From Neoconidiobolus thromboides FSU 785 (Eukaryota > Fungi > Entomophthoromycota): a stretch of 50,109 nt of DNA. Within the stretch, counting starts at the first letter, position 1; every line of letters starts with the position of its first letter. The translations under genes and the position numbers were made by a program. Positions 12,721 to 25,168 of this stretch are shown in pieces. Where the stretch lies: the NCBI GenBank assembly GCA_025603075.1, contig MU626401.1, positions 1 to 50,109 of the forward strand, written 5' to 3'. The notes beneath the pieces are model-generated. The model had not been told where the DNA came from. It saw nothing but the letters and a program-made list of their open reading frames with translations, and did not search any database.

Positions 12721-15700
12721 ATTTTTAGCTTGCTACTCTTCCTATTTTTTATTTATCTCTTCATTAACCTCTTTTTAAAAAAAATAGTTTAATAAATAAT
12801 CTTTTAAAAATTAATTAATAATCATTATGATTTGTAGTTTTTTAAAATTTTATGGCAATAGAAACCGATATCTCATAGTTACAAGTTCCATCATTGATAA
12901 GAGACTATTATCTTATCCCTTTCATTCTATTTATAGGGTGTTTACATGGTTCTATTGTTGCTTTTATTGCCCAAGTCATTTCAACTGTAAGCCTGGTTAG
13001 AGTTAATACTAATTTTAAACCTGTTTTTTGAATCACTTATTGTTTGATACTTGTTTAATTTAAAGGCCGATATTTGAAAATATAAGTTATTATCTTCTCA
13101 AAATAAATCATAAAAAGATTATTTTAGTCAAAATAATATTCATTAAGTTATTTCACACCATTATCTTTTAACCCCACGTTTAATAAATACTAAATATATG
13201 GTAGTATAAATACTTTTGTGTAACTTAGTAGATTTCATAGAGGAAATATTTTGATTTAGATTTTCAAATTTTTATTTAAAATCGAACTTTTCGAAATCTA
13301 TTTCCTGTATCTATCCGGTCCAGCTTTAATTTATTGAGAAAAATAAACCACCTTCCAAAAATTAAATCATCATCGAAGTCATACTTAAAAATAGCGTATC
13401 AAATTCTAAATAGAAACATTAGCTCTTTTCATTGGGTAAATTTTAAATGAAAGATGGCGCGAAAAGACTCGATAAATTGAACATTTCGACCTTTAAAAAA
13501 GCTGGTTATTTTAATTAACCTGCTTATAACTATAAAATTGAAATGATTAATCATTCTTACAAATTACTTGAAGTTAAGTTTCTATGCTTTTTTAGTAACT
13601 TTATTTACTTTATTTACTTACTCAATTTCATTCGTTATAAGGGTAGTATTTTGTTTTATCTCTTTTTATTTAGTTTTTTATATTATATCTTTATAAATTA
13701 ATAATAATAGTTAATCGCTTTTGCTACAATATATTAGAAAATAAATTTTTAAATTATAAATAATACAAATTTAGTAATGGCTTAATATAAATTATTTACG
13801 AAAATACTAACTACGATATAAAATTTAGAATCGTACTATCTAACTATGAGATAATAGTAATTGTTATTTTGGTTACTATCATTATTATTTTCGCATCACC
13901 GTTTAATCAATACTATATAGCTGGCTTATTTAACTTGATTTTTGCTTGTTAGTAAACTATGTTTGAAATAGTCACTAGTATACTATTAAATGAAAGATTA
14001 ATGAAGGCAGATATAAGAAATTATCAAATGACTTGCTATTAAATAAGAGGAATCGAAACATAAATAGCAAGGATAATGATCTAATGTAGATTTATAAAGG
14101 CATAGTCAAGATTATATAAGAGTTATTATGTAAGTTATAAAAAGTAGTTTAATATCAAATCATGTCGAGTTTATCAAGTAAAAGTGGTTTAGGGGAAACT
14201 TTAATCTTGTTTATAGTATATTCCTATACGAATCTATTTTAGATAAGAGTATGGGACAACCAAAATAAAAAAATAAGAAGTGGGTAAACAAAGTGGAGCT
14301 ATAAGTAGTAAGGGTTGAAATTTTAGATATCAATATCGAAGTAAACTTAACACCAGTTTATGGCTTTAAACTTTTAGCCAAAAATTAAAAGTTGTTTTAA
14401 ATACAATTCTCATTTATTTTACGATTCCTGCTCATACATATAAAAATATGTAAGTTTATACTTATAACTTTTTGTATATAACAATATAATATAATTACAT
14501 TTAACAAAGTATTGATCTAACATGAAGGAAACAAAGTGAGGCTGTTGTCAAAGAGAAACCTAATATCAACGTAATGGCCGGGTTACTGTTGAAATTCATT
14601 AGTCAAGATATAGACAAATTAACCCATAGATTTCAATGAAAGAACAAAACTGATATTTTTTTTACAGTCATGCGCATAACTCCCATTATTTTTAACAATG
14701 GTAAAAAAGCATCGCTTTTTTTAGATGTTTTTGTTGGTGGTTGCCTTTTTTATTAAAATTAACGGTGTGCGTAATTTCAAATCATAAACTTTTTTATCCA
14801 AAATGCGCACTTATTATGCCAAGTCATTTAACTTGGTAGCCTTTTTGAAAACAAAATTTTAATATTATATTTGTGTGCTAGTGGCATTGATTACCTTTTT
14901 AATAAACCCATTTATCGTCACTTATTTTCATTAAAATTAGGTTTCAAATAGCAAATATTAACATTATACAATAAAATCTTTTAAACCTTTGAAAACTAAA
15001 AGGATTTTGGCCTATTTTATTTATTTTTCAAAAAATAGTACATTAGTTCAATCCAGTTACCTTAAGATTTGAGCTATCTTTAGGAATAAGACTATTTACT
15101 ATAAGCATACCATCGTTTTATCAATAATATTAAGTTTTAAGATTAGTCCAGATAGCTATGATAAAACGATTAACGTTTTATAGCCGTGTAAAATACTACA
15201 TTTGTATTAATGCAAAATGAAGAAGAGCTATGAATTTTACAATTGAACTAAAGTCTAGACTTTTGATGAAAGATCAATGATTAAATTATTCTATTCTGAA
15301 AATAAGAAAATAAGTATTATTACTAACTAAAAAGTTTATATTCGAGACATTAATACATTTCTTTGCTTGTTTACAGTTATAGTTATAAATTCTTTATAAT
15401 AGTGTATTAAAAAGTTGCATACTTCTTCATTTGAGAGTTGGCTATTCTGGTAAAATCAACTGATTTAGTAAGCTGCACTATTAAATAATAGAGCATTAGT
15501 TAATGTTAGTACAAAAGTTAGTATAAAAATTAGTAAGTCAAATGAATTACTAAATTGGATCCCAGTTTATATATAATACAAATTCTTTAGCTTGCAGTTA
15601 GATAGTAAGCTTTATGATTTCATTAATTTATTGAAAATTATTTTCTTATCGTTGATATTCACAGCTTCTAGTATTATCCTTTTTTTAGACAAATCTACTT

Positions 15701-16132
15701 TAATATTAAGCTGCTAGTTCGCTCGAAATCATTTGCATTTTTTAATTCCTTGGCTCTAAACTTGAATGAGTTCATAAAATAAGTTCGATATTATAATTTA
15801 TTTGGATTTAATATTAAATGACAAAATTTCACTGGAACAGGCCAAGTGCTCTAAAGGCTCTGTATTATCATTCCAGTTTTAAATCCATTAGCCTTTAGAT
15901 AAGCAAACGATATTATGCTATATACCATCTACAAGTTTAAAAATAATACAGTTTCCTCTTAATTTTAGTATCATCAGTTTTAAAAACAATTAGCCGAAAC
16001 TTCGAGAGCTAAACGTTAACTTTATTGTAAGATGATATTTGGATTAAATAATAAGGACTATACCATTTAAGTTTACAAATCGGAGTTTTCTTATATTTTC
16101 TATATGGTTCATTGTAATATTCCAAAAATGAT

Positions 16133-16260
16133 TTTTTTACAATATTAAATGCGGTTCTTTACTATGTTTTACATAAAGTTTTTTTTAATATTTTGAATCA
16201 GTTTTTTACAATATTTTAATATGGTTCTTTTGTATTATTATAAAGAGGATTTTTTATAAT
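16133..16260. repeat. Degenerate ~70-bp tandem repeat
   Basis: TTTTTTACAATATT..AAT..GGTTCTTT..TAT..T.T.ATAAAG occurs twice in succession (about 16133 and 16202). Confidence 0.45.
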
Positions 16261-16427
16261 ATTACAAATAGCTCAAATATTAATATTTGACATATTTATT
16301 CAATGGAATCTAGATTTGTTCAGAAGGATCTGAAATCATACAGTAACCATTTTAGTATCATACTTTATGTCTATTAATAGATTAAGTGGATGTAGTTTTG
16401 TAATATTATTTTCATAAATTTTTTTAA

Positions 16428-16532
16428 ATATGAGAGATGCTTTTTTTGGTTTCATCACTTTTTCTATCTTTTAAGCGCTACTTGAGTGGAAAGATTGTTA
16501 GTAAAATTATAAACAAAAATACATCCACATAT
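16428..16532 (+). mobile_element. MITE copy 4
   Basis: ATAT-GAGAGATGCTTTTT...TTAAGCGCTACTTGAGTGGAAAG...AAAAATACATCCAC-ATAT. Confidence 0.87.
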
Positions 16533-17274
16533 AGTGAATGTATATTTTTAATGCTACAATAAAATTTGTGTATCCTATTTATAAATGCTATTTTTAAATT
16601 TTATCAAATTTTTATAAACCATAATTTATTGTTAACATTAATAATTAATTATTAGTTATTAATTGTTAATTGACAATAAGTAGAAAGTATTAGGGTTTAA
16701 TTAAACTAAAAAATTGATTTATAAAAACCCATTCCAAGTTTTTAGTTTAGTAAACAATCATGTTCAAAGTCAAATAATATGCTTGATAATTATAGAAAGA
16801 AGCGAACATTTAATTATATGGCACTATATATAAAAATTTAATCTTAATAAATCTTGAGTGAGCACACAAATATTAAGTTATGTGGTAATTTTTGTATATC
16901 ATCACTTCCGTTTTGTAAAAATTAAATCAATGGAATATTAAAACTACCCCACATTTGTGGTACTATTATCTTTTTGTATCTCAAATTTACTATTTTGGCT
17001 TAAAGCGTGTCAAGTTTCAAATTATTCAGAAGCTTATTAAAATTTGGTAGCTTTTTCTATCTGTCCGCTTATTTTGAATTTATTTTTTTATGCTACCTAC
17101 CAGTTAGCGTGGTTGTTTCTCAGTTAAATGTTTGCGCATCCAGGATAAGCTATAATTAGATATTATCAACACTTATAAGATAAATGAAATGGTTGTGTAT
17201 AAAGGATATACATTAAGTAATATCACTTCTGTTATATTTTGATGGCATATTTTACATTTTAATTTTTTAATGAA

Positions 17275-17386
17275 AATGGAGTAGGTTCTATTTTTTTGTT
17301 TAATAATTTTACTAACAATATTTCCACTCAAATAATGATTAAAAAAGTGGAGAAAGTGATGAAATCGAAAAAAATATCCTCCTATA
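17275..17386 (-). mobile_element. MITE copy 5 (degraded termini)
   Basis: The interior TTTTACTAACAATATTTCCACTCAAATAATGATTAAAAAAGTGGAGAAAGTGATGAAA matches the family in reverse. The ends are approximate. Confidence 0.75.
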
Positions 17387-18910
17387 CTTAATATAGGCAT
17401 TATTTCAAATTAATTTTAAGATTAAATATAGTTAGCATATAAGCATTAAGGTAAAAGCAAGTAAATGAAATCTAATGAGTATGTCTTGTAGGTCTAACAG
17501 TATATCTATGAGTTCCTCTAAGTAATTATAAATCCTCACCAAAGTAAAATATATAAATACTTTTTTTATCAATAACCAAAGTGGCAACTTGATATTGTAT
17601 CAATTTTCAATGTAGATCCCAAATAGCCAAATTCATATAGCTTAAAATAAATATTAGGCTCAGATTTATTGAAAGAATTAATATAAATGTCAATTTTTAG
17701 TGCTATATTCAAAAATTTCTTGAAATAATTATAAACTTCCATCAAAGCATAAATGGTTAAAAGCCTATACATCAAATAACTAAGGTGTAGTTTAATATCA
17801 TCTCATTATCAAAGATCGCTTTTAAGTTAAGCGACTTTATGTATCTAGTTGAAGAATCAATAGATAGGCCTGCTTATTTTCTTTATCTAAAAAAACCTAA
17901 GGTACTTCATAAAGCAATCTGATCTTTTTTGTGGTGTAAGCCTCAAGGGTAATTAACTGCAACTATAAAACCAATTTTTGTAAATTTTGGCCTAATTATA
18001 AGAAATTAATTACGATCAAAAAAATTATTGGTTAGACTAAATAGCTACAACACTCTCTACTATAATATTAATTTTTATTTTCTGAACATATATTTTATGA
18101 TTAATTTATACCAAAAGTAAAATTAGAGTTTTTTAAATAAATAATAGTTCTTTATTAAAAATTTCAAATAAAACTATTATTATAGCCTGTGGCCTAATTT
18201 TTGCATAAATTAAAAAGATCAGATTATTTATAAACTACTTTTTAAATAAACATATTTTGTTTAACATAAACAAATACTATTTATTAATTACTATAATGAC
18301 TATTTTAAGCTTTATAGCAATTAATGATATTCAAATAAAAAATAAAAAATAAATTTTCTATCTATAGCATGACATTATAATTATAAAATATACATTTTCT
18401 CATAAAACACTCAAGGTTTTTAGTAAATGAAAATCTTTTTTAAAAAAATACAAGTTGTTGCTTTTATGCTAAAAGTTAATTTATTACAAACTTTTTTATA
18501 TAAAAAAATATTAAAATTTTGAATTTTATTTAATATTATAAAATAAATTATTTTAGTTATTTCTTATAATTAAAATATAATATTTTAACTTTCTAATAAG
18601 CTATTTGTTAATTTAAATCAATATTTATTTAATAAAATAGGGTTCTTAATTAAGTCTGAGTTGAATTTAACATAGTTAACAAATAGGGTAGCTTGAATAT
18701 ATAAACTTGTTAAAAAATAAAATTTAATATCAAAATAATATTTTGACTTTCTTTAAGTATATCTAAAAATGATTTATTAAAAATTAATCACAATTAAAAA
18801 ACAAGTTGATATTATATATATAACTCAATTGTTAGTTATTTATCTATATAAGAAAAAAGTAAGTTGATTATATTATTTAATACCAAACAGTATGAATTAA
18901 ACCATTTGTT

Positions 18911-19010
18911 ATGCGGGGGTTTTTTTTTTGACTTCACTTTTTTCATCTTTTAAGAATTATTTGAGCGGAAAAATTGTTAGTAAAATTCTTGAACACAAAG
19001 ATATATCATG
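18911..19010 (+). mobile_element. MITE copy 6 (degraded right end)
   Basis: GGGGGTTTTT...TTTTTTCATCTTTTAAGAATTATTTGAGCGGAAAAATTGTTAGTAAAATTCTTGAACAC. Confidence 0.78.
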
Positions 19011-19025
19011 TCATTCATAATAAAT

Positions 19026-19132
19026 AAATGGGGGTGTTTTTTTTAACTTCATTATTTTTTCCATTTTTTAAGCGATATTTAAGTGGAAAATTTGTTAGTA
19101 AAATTTTTAAACATAAAAATACATCCCCAAAT
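19026..19132 (+). mobile_element. MITE copy 7
   Basis: AAAT-GGGGGTGTTTTT...AAAAATACATCCCC-AAAT with an intact AAAT direct repeat. It lies about 15 bp from copy 6. Confidence 0.9.
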
Positions 19133-19710
19133 GCTACTCTAATTATGACATATCTATTTGTTCCAGTAATAAGTTATATCATTAAAATATATACTAATAA
19201 TGCTACTTTTTTCATTAAAAGTAACAGATCAATTTACCATCTATTTTAACATTAATATAGTATTTTTATAAATTAAATGGAATTGATAATAATATATTAA
19301 TATTTTAGTAGCGAAGCTTTTAAGTTTAATTTAGGTATTTATTAATTAAAGTAACCGTTAAGGTGAATCTTGAAATCAAAAGTAAATTCAAAGTCAGCTA
19401 TCTACCATAGTAAGTTTTTCAATTTAAAATTCATCATATTAAAAAATTAAGGTTTTCCATATTATTCAAATTAAATATACTTTTTTTATTATTTCTTGTT
19501 TTTAAAAGGTATCAAATATTGATTCTAAATTATTTAGCTGTTTTATCACCCTCCTAAGAATAACTATTAAGATAAATATAGTATAAAGGTTTATAAACAG
19601 TTTTAAGAACATAAAAAAGATTAAATTTACCAAATTGATAATAGAAAAAAAATACTTTTCTTTTAAAATACCTGCTTATAATAACTTTTTTTATAACTAT
19701 TTTATAAAAA

Positions 19711-19742
19711 TATTCCTATATTCCTATATTCTTATATTCTTA
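19711..19742. repeat. 8-bp tandem repeat (TATTCYTA)x4
   Basis: tattccta tattccta tattctta tattctta, about 110 bp upstream of the GT32-1 ATG. Confidence 0.6.
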
Positions 19743-19854
19743 CATTTATAATGTTCTTGTTACAACTTTACGCTTATGGCATATGGTATATAATGATTTA
19801 TATTTTACATAAACTTTCTTAAAACAATTTCCAAATTTCATTAAAGACGATAAA

Positions 19855-20795
19855 ATGCTATTCAATTTAAAAGCCAGAAAAACTCGAATTATTACTTTAT
19901 TATCCTTTATTTTTGTATTATCAATTATCTTTTATAGTAGTTTTAGATCAAATCAAGTTGATGGTTTAAGTAAGTTTATAAGTTTCATTTAATACAAATA
20001 GTGGTACTAATAATTTTAGAAAAAAGAGTTTATGGCTATAAGCCTATCTCAAAGCAAATCTTTACAATCAAAAAGCCTGAAAAGATGATCCCACCAGATA
20101 ACATTGGTAGTTGGACTATTAAAAATCCAGGTTATAATTTTACGGTCTATGAAGACAATAAAGTCGATGATATAGTTAAGCAACATATGTCTAAAGAAAT
20201 TTATGAAGCATTTAATTCTTTACCGTTAAAAATATTAAAAGCAGATTATTTTCGATATATTCAATTATATTTAAATGGTGGTATTTATACAGACCCAGAT
20301 ACAGTATGTAAACAAAGTATTGATTTATGGAATGATAATAATCAAGGAATTGAAATGATCATTAGTATAGAATCTTATCAACCAGATCCCGAATATAAAT
20401 GTAATAGTGTAGGTGCGTCCGCTAGGGATGTTCAATTTAGTCAATGGACAATAGCAAGTTCTAAAGGCCATCCTATTCTATTATCAGTAATTAATAAGAT
20501 CAAGGATTTAAATAGTGAAATGGTGAAGAAAGACCAATGGACTTATTGTGATATCATGAATTGGACTGGACCTGGTGTTTGGACCGATGCTGTGTTAGAG
20601 TATTTAAATGTTAATGATAAAAGAGAATTTGATATTACTACGCCTAAATTATTTAAAGGTGTTTATATCCTACCACTAACTGGGTTTAATTTTGGTTATG
20701 ATGATCCTAATATTAATTATTTCGGTAAAGTGCTACATCAATTTTCTGGTTCTTGGAAAAATGAAGATTCATTAATATTTGTTAGAGAGGATTAG
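19855..20795 (+). CDS. GT32 (OCH1/HOC1-like) glycosyltransferase GT32-1, 2 exons (19855-19969, 20020-20795)
   Basis: Exon 1 encodes a type II signal anchor (MLFNLKARKTRIITLLSFIFVLSIIFY). A 50-nt phase-1 intron (GTAAGT...TACTAAT...TAG) joins it in frame. Motifs: KADYFRY, GGIYTDPDT (DXD), QFSQWT, GHPIL, WTGPGVWTDA, HQFSGSWK. Confidence 0.9.
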
Positions 20796-22560
20796 TTGAA
20801 TATTAATTTTTTTATAATATATGTAGTAATTAGTTTATTATACTAAATTATAAATTGTTATTAAAAGGAATAGAAAGTTAAATTTACATTTTGTTTTATT
20901 AACAATTAAAATAAAAATTAACATAAAGAATGATAGTTAATTAAAATAAAAATTTTAAATTGATTGCTGAAAATTGAAAATTATTTTAATATTTAGTATT
21001 TACTTATTGTAAACATAAAGATATATACATTTATAATTACATTAAATAACTTAATTCTATTATAAATAAAAGATTATAACCAAGCAATTGAATTCTAGTT
21101 TATAGTCTTAATATTATTAAAATGATTGCATTAGCTGAGTTATCATATGAACTAGCTAAGTCAGTATTATAGCTGAAGAAATTAGATAGTAATGTAACAA
21201 ATACATTGGGTATTCATAATAGTTATAGAAACTGGAAATTTGGTTGATATCAAAAGAAATAAATTAATCAAAATTTATTTAAAATATCACTTAAGTTAGC
21301 GTTAGTGTTAGTGTTTATGTTATTATTAAAGATTAATTAGGATTCTTCTTATTTTGAAAAAAAAGAGCCTACTTTAACTATTTAAAGTTTTACTTTATAG
21401 TCTTAATCTTTGAGTGTTATGATATTACAATATTACTTTTGTAAAAAGTAAACTATCTCATTTACAATTTCTTAAATTATGATATCACTTTATTTAAAAA
21501 AGCTCATATTTAAATTCCAACAATTTTTTTTGACTTTTTCATTTTTATCAAAAAAATTTATTATCATTTAAAAACTAATCTTTAATTTTAATAGGAATCA
21601 ACTCATTCTATATTCGAAGAGGGCGTTGTTACAAATAGATGATATTATAGTACTTGAATATGGAAAAGTTATAATTAAAATTTATGGAAAAAGGCAGTGT
21701 ATGGTAACACATATAAAAAAAAGGTAAATATCTTTAAAAGTATATTCAATTTGACAAAGGTGATATTATTTTACTATCAATATTCTTTATTTATAGCTTA
21801 CTTCAAGGAGTATTGGATCAATAAAATAGAAATTTATGTATATATAACCTAAATAAATTAAAACTAAGAAATCTCATAATTTATAGCCGTATAAAAATAG
21901 AACTAGTATTCAAGATTATGGATACTCTATTTTGATATATGAGTATGTAAGATTTCATTATCTGAATATAAAAATTTCATCATTATAACCTATTTTAATT
22001 TGATTTTGCTTCTAAGTTATCATTTAAGATACTTACCATTCTCAAATATGGATCTTGTTTATACTATATTCTTAATATAGCCGATGTATGTAAGTTCAAG
22101 AAGCTATTGGCATAATCTATAATCAATATACTGTTTTAGATTTTGAAACAAGTTGATGATACTTTTTTACACTTTATATAAATAACATGAAATCAATCAG
22201 TTAATTTTATAAAAAAAAATTTATAAGTTGAAGTTTAATGTTATACAAATTTTTAAGGGATGAATATCGGTTATAAACTCAACTTCCTCTTGGCATTAAT
22301 TAATTTACTTTTAGTTTATGGTGTTATGTCAGTTATTCATATCAAACATATGATATTGAACGAATAATATCAGAATATTGTTGTCTTAAGTAGTTGAACA
22401 TTAAACCATCTAAATAAATCAAACTATTATTTAACCTCTAAGAGAGTGAATCCTTGGCAAAGCTTAAATATTAAATTATTATTAGATAAATAGCGTTTAT
22501 AAAAAAAAAGTATATATAACAAAGAAATAATCAAGTAAACATTCAATTATTAAAATCAAC

Positions 22561-23067
22561 ATGTCTAAAGGATTAAGAATATTTTCAACATTATTGAACC
22601 TTATAGTAGGTATAACATTAGCAACAAGTATAGCTGAATCGAGTGATCCATATCGTCGATATGATTATTTTGGTCAAAATACTGTCATTTTAATCTCACG
22701 TTATTTATTAGCTCATTTTGTATTATTATCAGAAATCCCATTATTAAAACCATTTTTTGTTGAAAATTTTAAATTCTATATGTTCCCACTTGGTAGATGT
22801 TTCACCTATGCTTTTCTTGCTATTTTGTCTTTCAACACTATGTGGTATGGTATTGTTAATATATCTGTAGTTGCTTTTATTGCTTTGATTACATTGATTA
22901 TCTCTCTTTGTTATAAAGGAAAGGAGTCGCCTTATTTACCTATTAAAGAAGAGGAACTAACCAATAATAACTCAGAGTCCATTCTTCCTTCTTATGAACC
23001 TCTGGCTACTGATGATAATTTATTATCCATCCCAAATGAAGTAGATATCAAAGTTGTGTCCAATTAA
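22561..23067 (+). CDS. TVP15/COPI-associated-like multi-pass membrane protein, paralog A
   Basis: 168 aa with 3-4 hydrophobic segments. The F-K-F-Y-M-x-P-x-G-R-x-x-x-Y-x-F-L segment resembles the COPI-associated family. Confidence 0.7.
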   Translation: MSKGLRIFSTLLNLIVGITLATSIAESSDPYRRYDYFGQNTVILISRYLLAHFVLLSEIPLLKPFFVENFKFYMFPLGRCFTYAFLAILSFNTMWYGIVNISVVAFIALITLIISLCYKGKESPYLPIKEEELTNNNSESILPSYEPLATDDNLLSIPNEVDIKVVSN

Positions 23068-24494
23068 CTTGAATAAAGGTTATTGTTTAAATATTAATAT
23101 AACTATATTTTCTATAAATATTATATAATATTACTAATTTATAGTGCAAATTTAATCTACATTATCTAATATCCACCATACTTTTAATTTATTGTCTTTA
23201 TAAAATAAATACTAAAGATTAAGGTGAATAATTTTAATAAAGTAGGATTTGATAAATTATCTTTGATTTCATTAATTAATATCATAGTATAATATATGAT
23301 CATAATAATAAAAATCTATAAAATATTAATTCTAAAATCGATAAAAAACCGCAGTAACTTTATGATTTATCTACTGTCTACTTAGAATAATATTATATCA
23401 ATTCTAAATTATTGAGAAACTTCTATATATTATAATTTTTTTAAAACATTTTAATAACCTGATTAATTTGTATAACTTGATTTGAATAACTTGAATTGGT
23501 CATTATGGACTCTTGGCATTCTAAGTTAAAATTTTAGCTGTTATAAGTAATTTTTAAAGTAGCCTAGCTTTTTGGGTTAAGATTAATTTAAAAGTCATTG
23601 GTTGCAATAGTAAATATTTTTTATATTTGAAAATAAGATAAGTTTTAAGTAAAGAAGTTTAAAAGCAACCATTTTATACTCTTACCAGAAAGGATTTGCC
23701 TAAAGAGTTAATTACTTCGTAAATTGTCTTACAGATTGATTTGAAAAATTTTGATGATTTTTACTAAAAAATTCAAAATTCTTAGTTATGATGTGGAATT
23801 TTTTCAATAGTTAAAACCAAAGTACACTTTCAATCAAAAAGATGATACTATTATAATTTGATATTCTTACTATTAAATTGAATCTAAAAAAGTAGAGACG
23901 CTTTCAGGATTATCGAATATGTTGATTGTATCAGAAGCTAATTAAATTTGTTGTGGCATTAACATTATCCTAATTTTATACAAATAAAAAAAGTTTTAAA
24001 TGAAAGATTTTCTTATGTTAAAAGCACTGATAATACATTAAAGTTATTGAATTTATAAAATCTATACTCAAGTTTATTTAACATAAGTTAGGTGCCTTTC
24101 ATATTTATAAGAAAGTAATATCAATATTATTCTCAAAAGAGATTGGACATAATATGAGTTATAAACTTCAGTAAAATTTATCTATAAATCAATAAAGTAA
24201 TTGATATACATATAAATTTAAATAGATAAATGAACTTGTATAAAATTCTATAAGGGCATGTGGACATGTTAAAAAAGGTAGTTGGTAACCTGAAGATCCA
24301 AATAAATCTAATAAAAAAATAGCTACATCATTGATATTGAACTATGCCAAGTGAAGTTGAATTCTAATTAAAAAAATCTAATGGTAAATTGTAATTGGTT
24401 AAATAAATACTAAAAAGTAGCATAAATAGCTCTAAAAGGAGCATTCAATTTTATCTCATAAAAAACAAAAAATATTTTCAATATTAGACTTACA

Positions 24495-24995
24495 ATGAAT
24501 AAAGGATTAAGAATTTTTTCAATGTGCGCTAACATCTTTGTTGGTATAGTATTAGCTATAAGTGTATTTGAAACTAGTAGTTATTATTCAAGTTATGGCC
24601 AAGGCATTGTACTATCCATTTTACGTTATATATTAGCTCATTTTGTATTGATATCCGAAGTACCATTAGTCAAACCATACTATCTTGAACATTTTAAGTT
24701 CTATATGTATCCATTTGGTAGAAGCTTAATTTACGCCATTCTTTCGATTTTATCATTCGATCTTATCTGGTGTGGCATTGTTAATATTATAGTTATTGGT
24801 ATTATTGCAATTATCACTTTTATAATCTCTTTTTGTTATAAAGAAGCTGAGTCTCCATATATGCCTATAAAGGGTGATGATCCAGATGATAGTAATAGTT
24901 CACACTCTATTCTTCCTTGTTATCAACCTTTATCTACTGCTAATAATTTATCATCCAATGCAAACGAAATAGATATCAAAGTTATACCGAATTAG
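24495..24995 (+). CDS. TVP15/COPI-associated-like membrane protein, paralog B
   Basis: 166 aa, colinear with 22561-23067 over its full length (roughly 55-60% identity by eye). Tandem duplicate. Confidence 0.7.
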   Translation: MNKGLRIFSMCANIFVGIVLAISVFETSSYYSSYGQGIVLSILRYILAHFVLISEVPLVKPYYLEHFKFYMYPFGRSLIYAILSILSFDLIWCGIVNIIVIGIIAIITFIISFCYKEAESPYMPIKGDDPDDSNSSHSILPCYQPLSTANNLSSNANEIDIKVIPN

Positions 24996-25062
24996 CTTGA
25001 ATAAACATTGTTCTTTAACTATTGCTATTGATGTTTAATGTTTTTCTAAAGCATACGATAAC

Positions 25063-25168
25063 CTATGGGGATGTTTTTTTGGCTTCTTTGTTTTTTCCAT
25101 CTTTTAAGCATCATTTGAGTGGAAAAATTGCTAGTGAAAATTTTAAACACAAAAATACATCCCCATAT
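25063..25168 (+). mobile_element. MITE copy 8
   Basis: CTAT-GGGGATGTTTTT...AAAAATACATCCCC-ATAT, about 70 bp downstream of the paralog B stop. Confidence 0.88.

Noticed and set aside
12554-12778. 74-aa plus-strand ORF overlapping the Myb/SANT gene end
   Set aside because: Alternative-frame shadow of a real gene, starting at TTG.
10554-14833. CCAAGTC(A/G)TTT motif at about 10560, 12971 and 14819, resembling a CORE-SINE segment at 10554-10578
   Set aside because: The matches are short, the flanks do not align, and many chance 11-mer coincidences are expected in 50 kb.
21680-22120. Kinase-like fragments (GKG.YG, ADV...AIGII)
   Set aside because: It needs arbitrary frameshifts, and no HRD or DFG motif was found.
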